This document shows positions 38,027 to 52,895 of a DNA stretch of 64,000 nt, one piece after another. Location: NCBI GenBank assembly GCA_964016885.1, contig OZ024755.1, positions 17,112,001 through 17,176,000 of the forward strand, read 5' to 3'. The position numbers and the translations under genes are program-made. The DNA is from Eledone cirrhosa (taxonomy: Eukaryota). Every line of letters begins with the position of its first letter. The first letter of the stretch is position 1. Under the pieces are notes generated by a model. It saw only the letters and a list, made by a program, of their open reading frames with translations. It did no database searches and was not told the origin of the DNA.

Positions 38027-38619
38027 AGTATATATATATATATATACATATATACTTATATATATATATATACATATATATATATAAGTATATATATATA
38101 TACATATATATATACTTATATATATATATATACTTATCTATATATATGTATATATATATATATAAGTATATATATATATATGCTTATCTATATATAAGTT
38201 ATATATATGTATATATATATATATATAAGTATATATATGTATATATATACTTATCTATATATAAGTATATATATGTATATATATACTTATATATATGTAT
38301 ATACATACTTATCTATATATAAGTATATATATGTATATATATATATATATATACTTATATATATGTATATATATACTTATATATTTATATATATACTTAT
38401 ATATATGTATATATATACTTTTATATTTATATATATCAGTATATATATGTATATATATATGCTTATATATATATATATACTTATATATATGTATATATAT
38501 ACTTATATATTTATATATATCAGTATATATATATATATATATACTTATATATATGTATATATATACTTATATATTTATATATATCAGTATATATATGTAT
38601 ATATATATATATAAGTATA

Positions 38620-38656
<37 letters not shown>

Positions 38657-38675
38657 TTATATATTTATATATAAG

Positions 38676-38707
<32 letters not shown>

Positions 38708-38771
38708 TAAGTATATATATGTATATATATATACTTATATATATATATAAGTATATATATATATATATATA

Positions 38772-38833
<62 letters not shown>

Positions 38834-38855
38834 TATATATATATATATATATATA

Positions 38856-38921
<66 letters not shown>

Positions 38922-38923
38922 TA
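37662..38923. repeat. (TA)n microsatellite with interspersed AAGT/ACTT
   Basis: Direct inspection; about 1.25 kb. Confidence 0.95.
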
Positions 38924-40147
38924 TGCTGCGGCTCAGTAGTTACTTATGATGTTGATCTTTTCTTCTTTTCGGGCTATAGCTACTGTCACTCAGAGAGTGG
39001 GATTGGCTCAGTGCACAGTCTTTCCTCACTTTAAAAAATCTCTTCACGCACAGGCATTGCACAATAGAATTAATTAATAATTACGGTATATCGTGCAATG
39101 GCCATACTCGATAACGAGGGGGCAGCCATCATATGTATATATACATCTTTCTCTCTCTGTTGAGGGAGAGAGTGAAAGAGTTATATATATCTATATAGAA
39201 TTATATATAATGTATATAAAATATATAGTTTTCTATAGTGATACTTTTATAGTTATATATAGTTTTGATATGTTATCCGTAATAAGAAAGAGAATATTCA
39301 CTCTATATATAGTGTGTATAGAATTTAACAAGCATGACTGTATCTTGTGCCTTATGAAAGATAAAAGCTTTGTTATTTCCAGTTTAATCTAACTGAAATC
39401 TAAAAGTTCTCCTATTTCGTTTCAAAAAGCCTGCTATTTCTTAATCCTTTTAAACAAAGCTATTATCAATATTGTTATTTATAGCTGACAGAACTACATA
39501 AAAATCAATTCATAAAATAACTTATTACAAATAAAGATATTCAACATATTTTTATTTCGTTTAGAAATTTTTAATTTTGTGCTCTATACCAATAATGTTG
39601 TTTGAATTAGTTACAAGACCTTTAAAATAATTATTTTCATCCTGCTTTAAAAAGAAATTGTATGTTTTTGAGAGTTTTTTAATTGGTATTAAAGGTCGTT
39701 GGGTTGAAATTGTGTATTATTAGAATTGTTAAATATTTATAGAACATAATTTATATAATGAATATGAATTACAAAAGAACAAATCAATAGAAATTAAACA
39801 GAGAAAAAATAAAGGAAAGACATAAAGACATGCACACTCTATTACAGTGGTTCCCAAACTTATTTTCTATGGGCTGCATTTTCGGAATGAAAATTTGCTC
39901 ACACCTCACCAAATTTTATGTGATAAAAAGTACATTTAGATATAAAAAAACGACTAATAATACGTTAAATATAATATATAAAATAAATAACTTATAATAT
40001 GATTAACGTACACAAATTTAATGAAAGGGACAAGCTTGTTTTGGGCGAGTTATCTTCTCTATATTAAGGAATATCTGGTGTGGTTGTTTCTCATATGTTT
40101 CAAGGCATATCAAGATCTTCAGAGTATTGCTGTGAGTGACAATAAGC

Positions 40148-41262
40148 TTAAGACACTGGAATAGCCCAGCATCCTCATAAGCATCACTTGATACTTTATA
40201 ACTAAGACACTGGAATAGCCTAGCATCCTCACAAGCATCACTTGATACTTTATAAGTAAGACACTGGAATAGCCCAGCATCCTCATAAGCATCACCTGAT
40301 ACTTTATAACTAAGACACTGGAATAGCCCAGCATCCTCACAAGCATCACTTGATACTTTATAACTAAGACACTGGAATAGCCAAGTACCCTCAGAAGCAT
40401 CACTTGATACTTTATAACTAAGACACTGGAATAGCCCAGCATCCTCACAAGCATCACTTGATACTTTATAACTAAGACACTAGAATAGCCCAGCATCCTC
40501 ACAAGCATCATTTGATACTTTATAACTAAGACACTGGAATAGCCCAGCATCCTCACAAGCATCCCTTGATACTTTATAACTAAGACACTGGAATAGCCCA
40601 GCATCCTCATAAGCATCACCTGATACTTTATAACTAAGACACTGGAATAGCCCAGCATCCTCACAAGCATCATTTGATACTTTATAACTAAGACACTGGA
40701 ATAGCCCAGCATCCTCATAAGCATCACCTGATACTTTATAACTAAGACACTGGAATAGCCCAGCATCCTCACAAGCATCCCTTGATACTTTATAACTAAG
40801 ACACTAGAATAGCCCAGCATCCTCACAAGCATCACTTGATACTTTATAACTAAGACACTGGAATAGCCCAGCATCCTCACAAGCATCACTTGATACTTTA
40901 TAACTAAGACACTGGAATAGCCAAGTACCCTCAGAAGCATCTCTTGATACTTTATAACTAAGACACTGGAATAGCCCAGCATCCTCACAAGCATCACTTG
41001 ATATTTTATAACTAAGACACTGGAATAGCCCAGCATCCTCAGAAGCATCTCTTGATACTTTATAACTAAGACACTGGAATAGCCAAGTACCCTCAGAAGC
41101 ATCTCTTGATACTTTATAACTAAGACACTGGAATAGCCTAGCATCCTCACAAGCATCACTTGATACTTTATAACTAAGACACTGGAATAGCCAAGTACCC
41201 TCAGAAGCATCCCTTGATACTTTATAACTAAGACACTGGAATAGCCAAGCATCCTCACTTTA
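40148..41262. repeat. 54 bp minisatellite, about 20 copies
   Basis: taagacactggaatagcccagcatcctcacaagcatcacttgatactttataac. Confidence 0.95.
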
Positions 41263-42673
41263 TAGTTAGGTGACCCATCAATAACATGAACACCATTGTC
41301 AGTGGCACAGTTCCACCCCTCAAACGTCTCAAATTCCACAGATTGACAAAACAGTAGTTTGAGTACAAATTATTATAAATGGGAATATTAAAAGCACTGA
41401 ACTTAAACTACACATTATGACTTTGATGTTCTAATGGAATTAGAAACATCTTCATGAGTCTCTTTGTGTGTCAAAGACATACATACATACATATATATTT
41501 TACTTCCCACCCTTGTATTTCAAAGACATATTAATATATCTTTTACCTACCACCACTTGTGTGTCAAAGACATATTGGTATTTCTATTAGCTCTCACCCC
41601 TTGTGTATCAAAGACATACTGGTATATCTGTTACCTCCCATCCCTTGTGTGTCAAAAGCATAGATCTTAGCCTTCTGAAATAATTTACATTCTATATTAT
41701 ATTACATGATCTATATTTAATTTTAATTATGAAAATAGTAGATGTCTATATATATGGTTGATGAACAATTGTCACAATAAGTTATATACGAGGATATTTT
41801 TTTAAAAGATGACACTCCATCATGGCTGCTCTCTAATAACTGTAACCAGTAAAAGAATATTGCATTTTAGGTGATATATCCATAGTTTTAATAGAGCAAA
41901 ACATGCCATTTTAGATAAAAGCTATGCGAGTTCTTGTATAATTTAAGATATATTAAAATATTAGTTATTATCATCATCGTTATCATCATCATCATTAATG
42001 GAATTATTCTTATTTTCAAACCTTACCCTGAAAGTTTTAACTAATATACTAAATGTGATTTGCCTTTGCTGTTTTATCTACTAAGTGAATGTTTAGTTCT
42101 CTCTATAGTTTATTGTAAGCTTGGTCAAGCTCAACTATATATGCATGTTTGATATATGTTTAATTGCTATTCTACTTTCCATTGTTATTAATTATCTATG
42201 ATTAACATTATTTTTTCCTAATTAATAACAAAGTTATATTGTAATGTCATTGTGTAAATGAATCTTTTTAATTAATTCTCACTTCCTTTGCATGCATAAA
42301 TGTAAACCTACTGAAGGTTTTGCCAACGTTCTTACCTGGAATTGCTTGCACCATTAAATGCTAAGCTAATAATATATGCTAAATCACAGCTTTTTTTCTT
42401 GCAGGTTTTAAAATTTTATTGTATGTAAATGTTTTATTCTTTGAAAAAAAAAAAAAAAAAAAAAAAAAGCAATGGGTTGTTTTTTTCCTAATAATATATA
42501 TCTCTTGCCTGAGTCCTGATACAGGCAATCAACAATTCACAAGATGAGTTTCAGCCGAATATCCAAGCAGTCATTCCACTTAGTCATATACATAGATATA
42601 CATATATAAAAAAAACAAAACAAGTCTATATTAGTAGCATGACAAAGTCCATTCATTATATTAGTCAATCTGA

Positions 42674-42892
42674 GGGCAGTGCATTGGCAGTATCAGTAGA
42701 GAGTCGGACACCATGCTTTGCAGCACAGAGCTACGGCTCTTTATGGTCTGAGTTCAAATCCCGCCAAGGTTAACTTGGCCTTTCATCCTTATGGGGTTGA
42801 TAAAAGTACCAGTCACGCACTGGGGTCGATTTAATTGACTTTCCCCTCCCCCCCAAAAAAATTACTGGCCTTGTGCCTATACTAGAAATCAT
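42674..42892 (+). mobile_element. Meta-type SINE
   Basis: Head, B-box gagttcaaatccc, core and tail present. Confidence 0.8.
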
Positions 42893-43969
42893 TTTCAACT
42901 GCCTGCAATGGTATCTTTGGAATATCATTAATCAATTTTTTAGTAATCTACTGATATCAAAATCAGTAGTATATTGAAAAAGGGTAGGGGGGCGTTTCGT
43001 GATTTTGTGGCCGAAATAGGTTGAGAACCTTTGCTCTACGAGATCAGGAGCGAAATACCCAACCTGGGTGGCGGACTGTCCAGAGACGACGCCCTCTTCA
43101 CCGTCGTGGACCACAGCACCACGGGGTCGATAAAATAAAGTACCAGTAATACACTGAGATAATTGCTGGCCTTGTGCCAAAAGTAGAAACAATTATATTA
43201 GTCAATCTGGTCTGTTATTGTGTCGCTTCTCCCTCTTCTTGTCCTGCTTCCTTTGGTTTTCAATATCGATACTTACATCAATGATTAGCTTAGTAAAATA
43301 TAAAGTGATATCTTAATAGTTCACTTTTAACAATCTTTACAATATCGTGTTGAAGTTAATGTGGCATATTTTTACTTTCAGTTTTAAAACTTCATATAAC
43401 TTTTTTTTTTCTTTTTATAGTATAGTGTTATTTTATTCTGAAAGGAGGACATCTTTTTGTGCTGATTTCACAGCCTTTTTAATATCAAGTCTTTTTATAA
43501 ACTGAGAGCTGTATTAAGAAAACTCAATGTTTACACACACAAACACACATACATTGTCATGCACATATTCACACACAAACACACATACACTGTCTCACAC
43601 ATATTCACACACAAGCACACATACACTGTCTCGCACATATTCACACACAAGCACACTCATATAATGTGTAATTTGTTTATTCAAAGTAGCGAAAGTGAAC
43701 ATTATATTTTTATTTTTTGAATTTGATTTTTGAAAGTGTCAATACTGCAATATGTAATTATCAATAACAAAGTTCCAGAGACATTTTTATTTATTGGAAT
43801 CAACAAGAATCAACTCTAAAAGTTAAGGAAAATAAGTCAATATTTTATGAAGTATTGGTATCTTAAAAAAACGGTCAATTTTTTCCTGTGTATGTAATTC
43901 TCATGAAATCATACATATAAAAATATATGTATGCATATAAAAAACCTCGCAAAACTAATTCATCGCCAC

Positions 43970-45155
<1,186 letters not shown>

Positions 45156-45830
45156 GACACTCCTGGTGAGATATTGGCTGAAGAAAAATCAATATATTTT
45201 CCTCTACCTAATCAACCCATTACATTTTTCTGTTGGTGGTTTAAAATATTTTTCTCATCATAATATGCACAGGAGTTAAGAATTCTAACAAGTGTCTTAA
45301 CAAGTTAACAAGTAACTCTGGATTTCTAACCATAAATGATAATTTTGTTTATTGAACAAACCCCAAAATTCATAACAAGTAACCTAATGAAGAATGTACT
45401 GACACTGTCACCAAGCTAAATTAGTACTTATTCTTTAAATTAACATTAAAAAGGACCACCAGGGATTTGTAAATGTTGTGTCTTAAAAATATTCTGTATC
45501 AGTAAAAATTTATTTTTTTCTCTTCTGCATTTCAAATTTTATGTAGATTTTTTTCGATTATGCTCTTTAGAAATATGCAATTTTTATTTATTTGTTGAGA
45601 ATATCTATCTTTGCAACAACATAAGTGCAGGGTTAGATTAACTAGAAAGCAAAATAAGCCCTTTTTAAGGACATTAAGAGTAGAGGGGACACCATTTTAT
45701 TATTTGTATATGTCATTCCACTCCACCAACCTCCAAATCTTTTGCAGACTTTATATGTGAGAAACACTATAATCTTTTAAAGGCTTAGGCCTTCAAAAGG
45801 ACATAATCTGATCCTGCATGACGATATATA

Positions 45831-45932
45831 CAGGGTGTCCCCCAAAAATGTATACATACTTTGATTACCTGTACAGGCAATATTCATTAGAATGTTGTTG
45901 AAGTATGTATACATTTTGGGAGGGACATCCTG
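45831..45932. mobile_element. Tc1/mariner-type MITE (TA TSD)
   Basis: TA-CAGGGTGTCCCCCAAAAATGTATACATACTT...AAGTATGTATACATTTTGGGAGGGACATCCTG-TA. Confidence 0.8.
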
Positions 45933-46289
45933 TATATATGGATACAGTGAATATATAAACCTATATCTGAAAGGGCTGGGGATGACTGTAGTTATAGTAA
46001 AAATACCATGCAAAATAATCAAACCTGAGGCCTCATGATTGTAAAGTAAACCTTTTAACCACCCAGCCACCATTATTACATCAGTTGATTATGGCAATAT
46101 TGCAGATATTATCACATTTATAGATTTGATTTAGATGGTAACAAGGTCAAATATTTGTATAACTAACTGATTTAGCATAAATATATTATTATTATTTTTA
46201 TTGACCATCAAACAGTTAAAAATCAAACTCGGTTGAAACTGAGAGGTGTGAAATTACATACTTATAGACGTTCAATCAAATCTTCCCCT

Positions 46290-46590
46290 CTTTCTCTCTC
46301 CCTTTTTTTTCCTGTCTCACTGTCTAGCTCTCTCTCTATTTCTCTCTCTCTCCCTGTCTCTCTCTCTCTCTGTCTCACTCTCTAGTTCTCTCTGTCTCAC
46401 TCTCTAGTTCTCTCTATCTCTCTCTCACTCTCCCTGTCTCTCTCTCTTCCTGTCTCACTCTCTAGTTCTCTCTCTCTCTCCCTCTCCCTGTCTCTCTCTC
46501 ACTCTCCCTATCTCTCTCTATCTCTCTCTCACTCTCCCTGTCTCTCTCTCTCTCTTCCTGTCTCACTCTCTAGTTCCCTCTCTCTCTCTG
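46290..46590. repeat. (CT)n-rich tract
   Basis: Direct inspection. Confidence 0.9.
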
Positions 46591-46854
46591 TTCTATCAGC
46601 AGTAACAATTGCTATGCTTTGAGTCTGTTTTTCCAATGTGGCATTTATTTCGATTTTTATAGCAGATATTTAATTGCCACTTGCTACTACGATGATAACA
46701 TTCTATGCTATATAATACACCTGGTACATATTTCTGGAAAGTCAGATAAAAACAAGAGTTGAGGTTCTTTCTCAAGAGTTCAAACCTTCAGTAATCTCAA
46801 TACAACAAGTTGTTATACGTTGTGTAATTTTGCCAAAATGAAATATAAACGAAG

Positions 46855-47277
46855 AAATAATTGTTTCTACTTTAGGCACAAGGCCAGCAATTACCCAGTG
46901 CATTACTGGTACTTTATTTTATCGACCCCGTAAGGATGAAAGACAAAGTCAACCTCGGCGGGATTTGAACTCAGATCGTAAAGGGACGTAACTATGCTGG
47001 AAAGCATGGCGTCCGACCCTCTACCAATACTGCCAATCCACTGCCCTTCCAGATATATTTCTGTCATTTTATCATCAACATTGGTTCACATCAATATAAT
47101 AATTGTTTCTACTTTTGGCACAAGGCCAGCAATTATCCCAGTGCATTACTGGTACTTTATTTTATCGACCCTGTAAAGATGAAAGGCAAAGTTAACCTCA
47201 ACAGGATTTGAACTCAGACCGTAAAGGGACGTAACTATGATGGAAAGCATGGCGTCCGACCCTCTACCGATACTGCA
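46855..47277 (-). mobile_element. Two adjacent Meta-type SINEs
   Basis: Copies at 46855-47046 and 47095-47277. Confidence 0.8.
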
Positions 47278-47451
47278 TAATAATGATCTCTCGATCTCTC
47301 TCTGCATCCCCCCTCTCTCTCTCTCTCTATCTCTATCTCTCGCTATATATATATATATATATATATAAATCAAGATGGATTCAGTTTGAAACTGGTTAGA
47401 CCATTACTCACTAGAGTACTTGATACTTGGGGTAGTAGAGTATGATTATAT

Positions 47452-47566
47452 TATAAAGAGTTGGGACCCTGGCGGCTAAGCTCTTGCCATTTTAACAGCC
47501 TTTCCATGTCTGGAACTGGCTGTTGAAATGACAAGAACTCAGCCGTTGGGATCCCAACTCTTTATA

Positions 47567-47602
<36 letters not shown>

Positions 47603-47637
47603 TATAAAGAGTTGGGATCCCAACGGCTGAGTTCTTG

Positions 47638-47641
<4 letters not shown>
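47452..47641. repeat. Triple alternating-orientation repeat around (TA)n
   Basis: tataaagagttgggatcccaacggctgagttcttgtcat occurs forward (47452), reverse (to 47565) and forward (47603). Confidence 0.8.
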
Positions 47642-47683
<42 letters not shown>

Positions 47684-47730
47684 CTTAACAAAAGAAGGGG
47701 AGGGGAAGTCACATGTGACACAGACAATCC

Positions 47731-47909
47731 AATAATAATTGTTTCTACCTTTGGCACAAGGCCAGCAATTACCCAGTACATTACTGGTACCGTATTTTAT
47801 TGACCCCGTAATGATGAAAGGCAAAGTTAACTTCGGTGGGATTTGAACTCAGACCATTAAGGTTTGCAAAGAATGGCGTCTGACCCTCTACCGATACTGC
47901 CAAGCCACC
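47731..47909 (-). mobile_element. Meta-type SINE
   Basis: Same family. Confidence 0.78.
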
Positions 47910-48797
47910 AATACTATAAATATTGGCGACCAGTTCAAAACTTTGTCGTCATCAGCCATCGAAATTAATGTACACAGTAAGTGAATAAAGTCTGGATTTT
48001 GTCACTCATATTAAAAAAAGTATATCAGGTGTACACAAGCTGCAGGCAATATTTTGTTCATTGGGGAATGTATAAATAAATATTGTTTTAACAGAGTTTT
48101 GTAGTTTGCTTGAAGTATTGTTGAATAGGAAATATAGATTTAAATAATTTTAAAAGCCATACAATGCATTAGAAAATTAAAGGTATAACCTTTAATAACT
48201 GGGGTAGACATGAAACCAGAAATTCAAATTCATTTCATATTCTCCCTAATTCAAATTCACAATTAATAGTATAAATGTTAAAAATGTTTGTTTACTTTAT
48301 TTGAAAGCCTAGTGTAGCTCACTACTCTTCTATTTAAAGCAGTATAATCTTATTCAATTTTAGATCTACGAAGGCCTTATCTATGTCATAATTAAATACA
48401 CTTACCATAACAGCATTCTATATATGTTTATAATACCATAGTTGATAATGTATTAATGGATATATACATGGAGCTATCTTAAATAAGTTGCAACTTTCTA
48501 ATCTTTACCATTGCTATAAGTTATTAAAGAAATTAACGTATTATTTAATTTTTTTCAGTGAATAATCTGTTTTTTTTTTTTAATCTTTGTTGTTATTCTA
48601 TGGAGCACAATATTCTGTTTGGGACAAAAATATTTCTGGTTCTTGCTGGAGCTTTTACTTTTATGTATATATATATATGTATGGATATATATGTATATAT
48701 ATATATATATGTATGTCTATATATGTATGTATATATGCATGTATATATATATGTATATATTTGTATATCTATGTATGTATATATATAAGTATATATA

Positions 48798-48861
<64 letters not shown>

Positions 48862-49061
48862 GCTTTTGCCTTTACTCAGCATTCATCTGTTCTGTGGTGT
48901 CATGTTGTTAAATGTCTTTCTACTCCAATGTTTTCTGATAAAATGTCAGTTTTCGACATTTTTAGCAACAAACACACACACACACTACACACACTACACA
49001 CACATTACATACACACACTACAGACAGAGACACATACACCCACTAATTTATGCATAAGGCT

Positions 49062-49252
49062 GACAAATTGGGGAGAGGGAAAAGTCAATTAACTCGAATC
49101 CAGTGCATCACTGGTACTTTATTTTATTGACCCCTTAAGGATAAAAGTCAAAGCTAACCTTAGCAGGATTTGAACTCAGAACATGAAAGGACAATAACTA
49201 TGCCTCAAAGCATGTTGTCTGCTGCTCTACGGATACTGTCAATCCACTGCCC
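49062..49252 (-). mobile_element. Meta-type SINE
   Basis: Same family, diverged. Confidence 0.72.
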
Positions 49253-49653
49253 TTTTCATAAAAATACTGTTACCTGTCTGGAATCTATTAAGAAATTTCG
49301 CCAAAGTGCAAGTCCTTCCATCTGTTGCCTGCAGCTGTTAAGATTCAAGTATCAACAGGATACTTTGTAAATATTGTAGTCTGAAGTATGACAGGAAAAT
49401 ATCGATTCATTTGACATGGTGGTATCATGTCTACTTGTTACTCGTCTCTAGACTACTTGCAAGAAAACTTTGGTCATCTCTAAACACACTCAGCTCTATT
49501 ATAAACTGGAACAATGTTTGCCATATATATATATATATTGTTATACTAACAAATTCAGAAACGAAATATATATATATATATTGATGAAAAGCCAATTTGA
49601 AATGTCTGAGAGTTATTCATTAAATTTCTATTCAATAAATAGGATTATATATA

Positions 49654-49692
<39 letters not shown>

Positions 49693-49889
49693 TAAGGTTT
49701 GTTTTGTTGGTTCACCACTGGATAGAACTGATCATTCTGTATGGTCAATCCTGGTGTAATATTGTGAAGAGTACTCAACGCAGTGCAGTTCACCCATCTT
49801 CGTTTGTGTAGTTGGTGGTGCGAATACGGAGTTAATTATAAATGAAATAACAGGAGGCTGGACTGGTGTAAATCCTTGAAAGGTTTATT

Positions 49890-49947
49890 ATACTATGATC
49901 ATTTCAATCACTGGGTTCCATATGAGTCCGGTGATATCATCAGGTAT
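49890..49947 (-). ncRNA. Type I hammerhead ribozyme-like motif (inverted twin)
   Basis: ATAC-CTGATGA-T-ATCAC..GTGAT-T-GAAA-TGATCA-TA-GTAT. Confidence 0.68.
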
Positions 49948-50148
49948 TGGAATATAACAAAGGAGTATGTAAAAAGCCATGGGTCTGAAAAACCATGTGT
50001 CCGAGAAACCAGAGACAGAGAGAGCTTCACGCCTTTGAGGGCGGCTGGCTGTGAAGCTAGTTGGTCAGCCGCTCTCTCTGTCTCTGGTTTATCGGACCCA
50101 TGGTTTTTCGGACCCATGGCTTTTTACATATTCCTTTGTGATATTCCA

Positions 50149-50210
50149 ATACCTGATGATATCACCGGACCAGATTCATATGGAACCGGTCATTGAAATG
50201 ATCATAGTAT
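50149..50210 (+). ncRNA. Type I hammerhead ribozyme-like motif
   Basis: ATAC-CTGATGA-TATCACCGG..CCGGTCATT-GAAA-TGATCA-TA-GTAT; palindromic stem III; U.U closing stem II. Confidence 0.68.
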
Positions 50211-50448
50211 AATAAACCTTTCAAGGATTTACACCAGTCCAGCCTCCTGTTATTTCATTTATATATATATATATATATATGTATGTGTTTATATATATAT
50301 ATGTATGTGTTTATATATGTATGTGTTTATATATATATATGTATGTGTTTATATATATATGTGTATGTATGTGTGTGTATATATATAAATATATCTATAT
50401 ATATATAAGTTGAAAAAAATGAAAACGAAATTTCATTTCTCACTCTTA

Positions 50449-50484
<36 letters not shown>

Positions 50485-50708
50485 ATGTATAAATGTATGT
50501 GTACATATATGTATATATAAGTATAGTTAATAAGAAGCATCGTGAGATATGTAATAAAGGACTAAGCTTCAATGCTCTTTATATATTACTAAAACGATAA
50601 ATATGCAGTGATAAAAATATTTGTTAATTTTTGTTCCTTATTCCCCATGAAAAATGTTCCCAGAATAATCTCATTTTACATCATACTAATCTCTTGATAT
50701 TTTCACAG

Positions 50709-50861
50709 GACCTTGGTCATGAAATCCGCTCTAAACAACATGAGATTGATGCATTAGCCGATGAGGTGCACTCACTACAACAGCTCACACCTGAGTCAAG
50801 AGCCCCTGCATGTACCTCACAACTCTTGGCTCGTTATGTAACTGTGGAGGCAAACACAAAG
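50709..50861 (+). CDS. SYNE1: Nesprin-like spectrin-repeat exon 13
   Basis: tcacag|GACCTT...ACAAAG|gtatat; 153 nt; DLGHEIRSKQHEIDALADEV...LARYVTVEANTK. Confidence 0.92.
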
Positions 50862-50909
50862 GTATATATATATATATTCTTTATCTTTATCTTCTACTAC
50901 TACTTCTGC

Positions 50910-51252
50910 TAATAATAATTGTTTCTACCTTTTGGCACAAGGCCAGCAATTATATCAGTGCATTACTGGTACTTTATTTATATAAGGATGAAAGGCAAAG
51001 TTAACTTCGGTGGGATTTTAACTTAGACCATAAAGGGCCGTAAATCTATGCTGCAAAGCATGGCGCCCAGCCCTCTACCGATACTGGCAATCCACCGCCC
51101 TTCTACTACTACTAATAATAATTGTTTTTACTTTTGGCACAAGGCCAGCAAATACCCAGTGAATTACTGGTACTTTATTTTATCGATCCCGTAAGGGTGA
51201 AAGGCAAAGTTAACCTCGGCGGAATTTGAACTCTGAATGGCAAGGGCCATAA
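50910..51252 (-). mobile_element. Two adjacent Meta-type SINEs
   Basis: Copies at 50910-51100 and 51112-51252, just after the exon 13 donor. Confidence 0.78.
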
Positions 51253-52351
51253 CTACTACTACTAATAATAATAAACCTCCAGAAAAACCTTGATAGAATT
51301 GGGGTCAGTCCCAGCATTACATTATAGAAACCAAATATCCTGTGGAAAATATTATCTATCTGAGGTTACATAACTTGATAGGGAATCAATTAAATGATCC
51401 AGTGTTAATAAGATCGTCACTATGCAAATGAATATAAATAATTATTATAGTCTAACCCATGCTAGCATTGAAATTTGGACATTAAATGGTGATGCAAAGA
51501 CATTTACTGTTGTTTTGTGCGCTTGCAGAATCATTTGTATGACAATTGATTCTCTAATGTGGGTATTATTAAATTTTCCCTCAGGCAACAGTTTGACACT
51601 TAGCATGATTTGGGAAAGAAGCAGAATTCAAAGGAAGTTTCAAATAATCATGATCATGATAATATTGCTAAAGGCAATGAATTGACAGAGTTATTAATGT
51701 ATCAGATTAAAAATGCCTTAGCATTTGTCTGGCTTACTGTACACTGAGTTCAAATCCTACCAAAGTCAATTTTACCTTTCAACCTTTCATAGTTAACTGA
51801 AGTACCAGTCCACTACTAAGATTGGCTCTTCTGACTCTCTTGTTCTACTTCTCTGGAAGAAAATATCTTTATTCTGACCTGGAGAGTGATGGGTTCTGTC
51901 AGGTTTAAAATGCCCAAGACACACAGTTTGTCTGTAGGGCATGTGCGTAACTGACTGTATGGGGAGTTAAGAGCCCATATCTTTTTTACATCCCTCTGCT
52001 CCAATAGTATTCATTTGATAATAATGCTTTCGGATTTAGGCACAAGGTCAACCATTTTGGGGGAGGGGATCATTGATTAAACAATGCAACTATGCCTGTG
52101 CCTATATACAATATATATACATTGTAATAATATAACAACAACAGATATTTCAAGGTGATTTTCCCAGCTAAAGAAGGAGTCAGTCTTGTGGACCCCATGA
52201 CATTCTTCATATTCATAATGAGGTCCTTTTTTTAGGTAATGTTCAGTGACTGAATATCCTTCCTGGTGTTATACTCTTCAGTCCCCTCTTACAACATGTG
52301 TACATATTCCTGACAGTCAAATAATCTAGTAAGAGTGGTGATTTTAAAGTT

Positions 52352-52895
52352 AAATCTTTGTCTTTTAGAAAACCACAAACTTGGCCATTTCTCATTTTAA
52401 CATGAGAAGTCTTTGTCTTTTAGTAAAGCACAAACATAGCTATTTCTTATTTTATCACGAGAAGTCTTTGACTTTTAGAAAACTACAAACATGGCCATTT
52501 CTTATTTTATCACAAGAAGTCTTTGTCTTTTAGTAAAGCACAAACATGGCCAGTTCTTATTTTATCACAAGAAGTCTTTGTCTTTTAGTAAAGCACAAAC
52601 ATGGCCATTTCTTATTTTAACACGAGAAGTCTTTGTCTTTTAGAAAACCACAAACTTGGCCATTTCTTATTTTATTACAAGTCTTTGTCTTTTAGTAAAG
52701 CACAAACATAGCTATTTCTTATTTTATCACAAGAAGACTTTGTCTTTCATAAAAGTACAAACTTAGCTATTTTTCATTTTAACATGAGAAGTCTTTGTCT
52801 TTTAGAAAATCACAAACTTGGCTATTTCTCATTTTATCACGAGAAGTCTTTGTCTTTTAGTAAAACACACACACATGGCCAATTCTCATTTTTTA
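52352..52895. repeat. 55 bp minisatellite, about 10 copies
   Basis: gaagtctttgtcttttagtaaagcacaaacatggccatttcttattttatcacaa. Confidence 0.92.

Larger units (their letters stand above)
49837..50263. mobile_element. Fold-back element (about 190 bp arms) with two hammerhead motifs
   Basis: Near-perfect inverted repeat ending at (TA)n. Confidence 0.8.

Noticed and set aside
42444-42468. Poly(A) run as processed pseudogene or transcript end
   Set aside because: No canonical AATAAA just upstream, no TSD and no ORF; treated as a mononucleotide tract.
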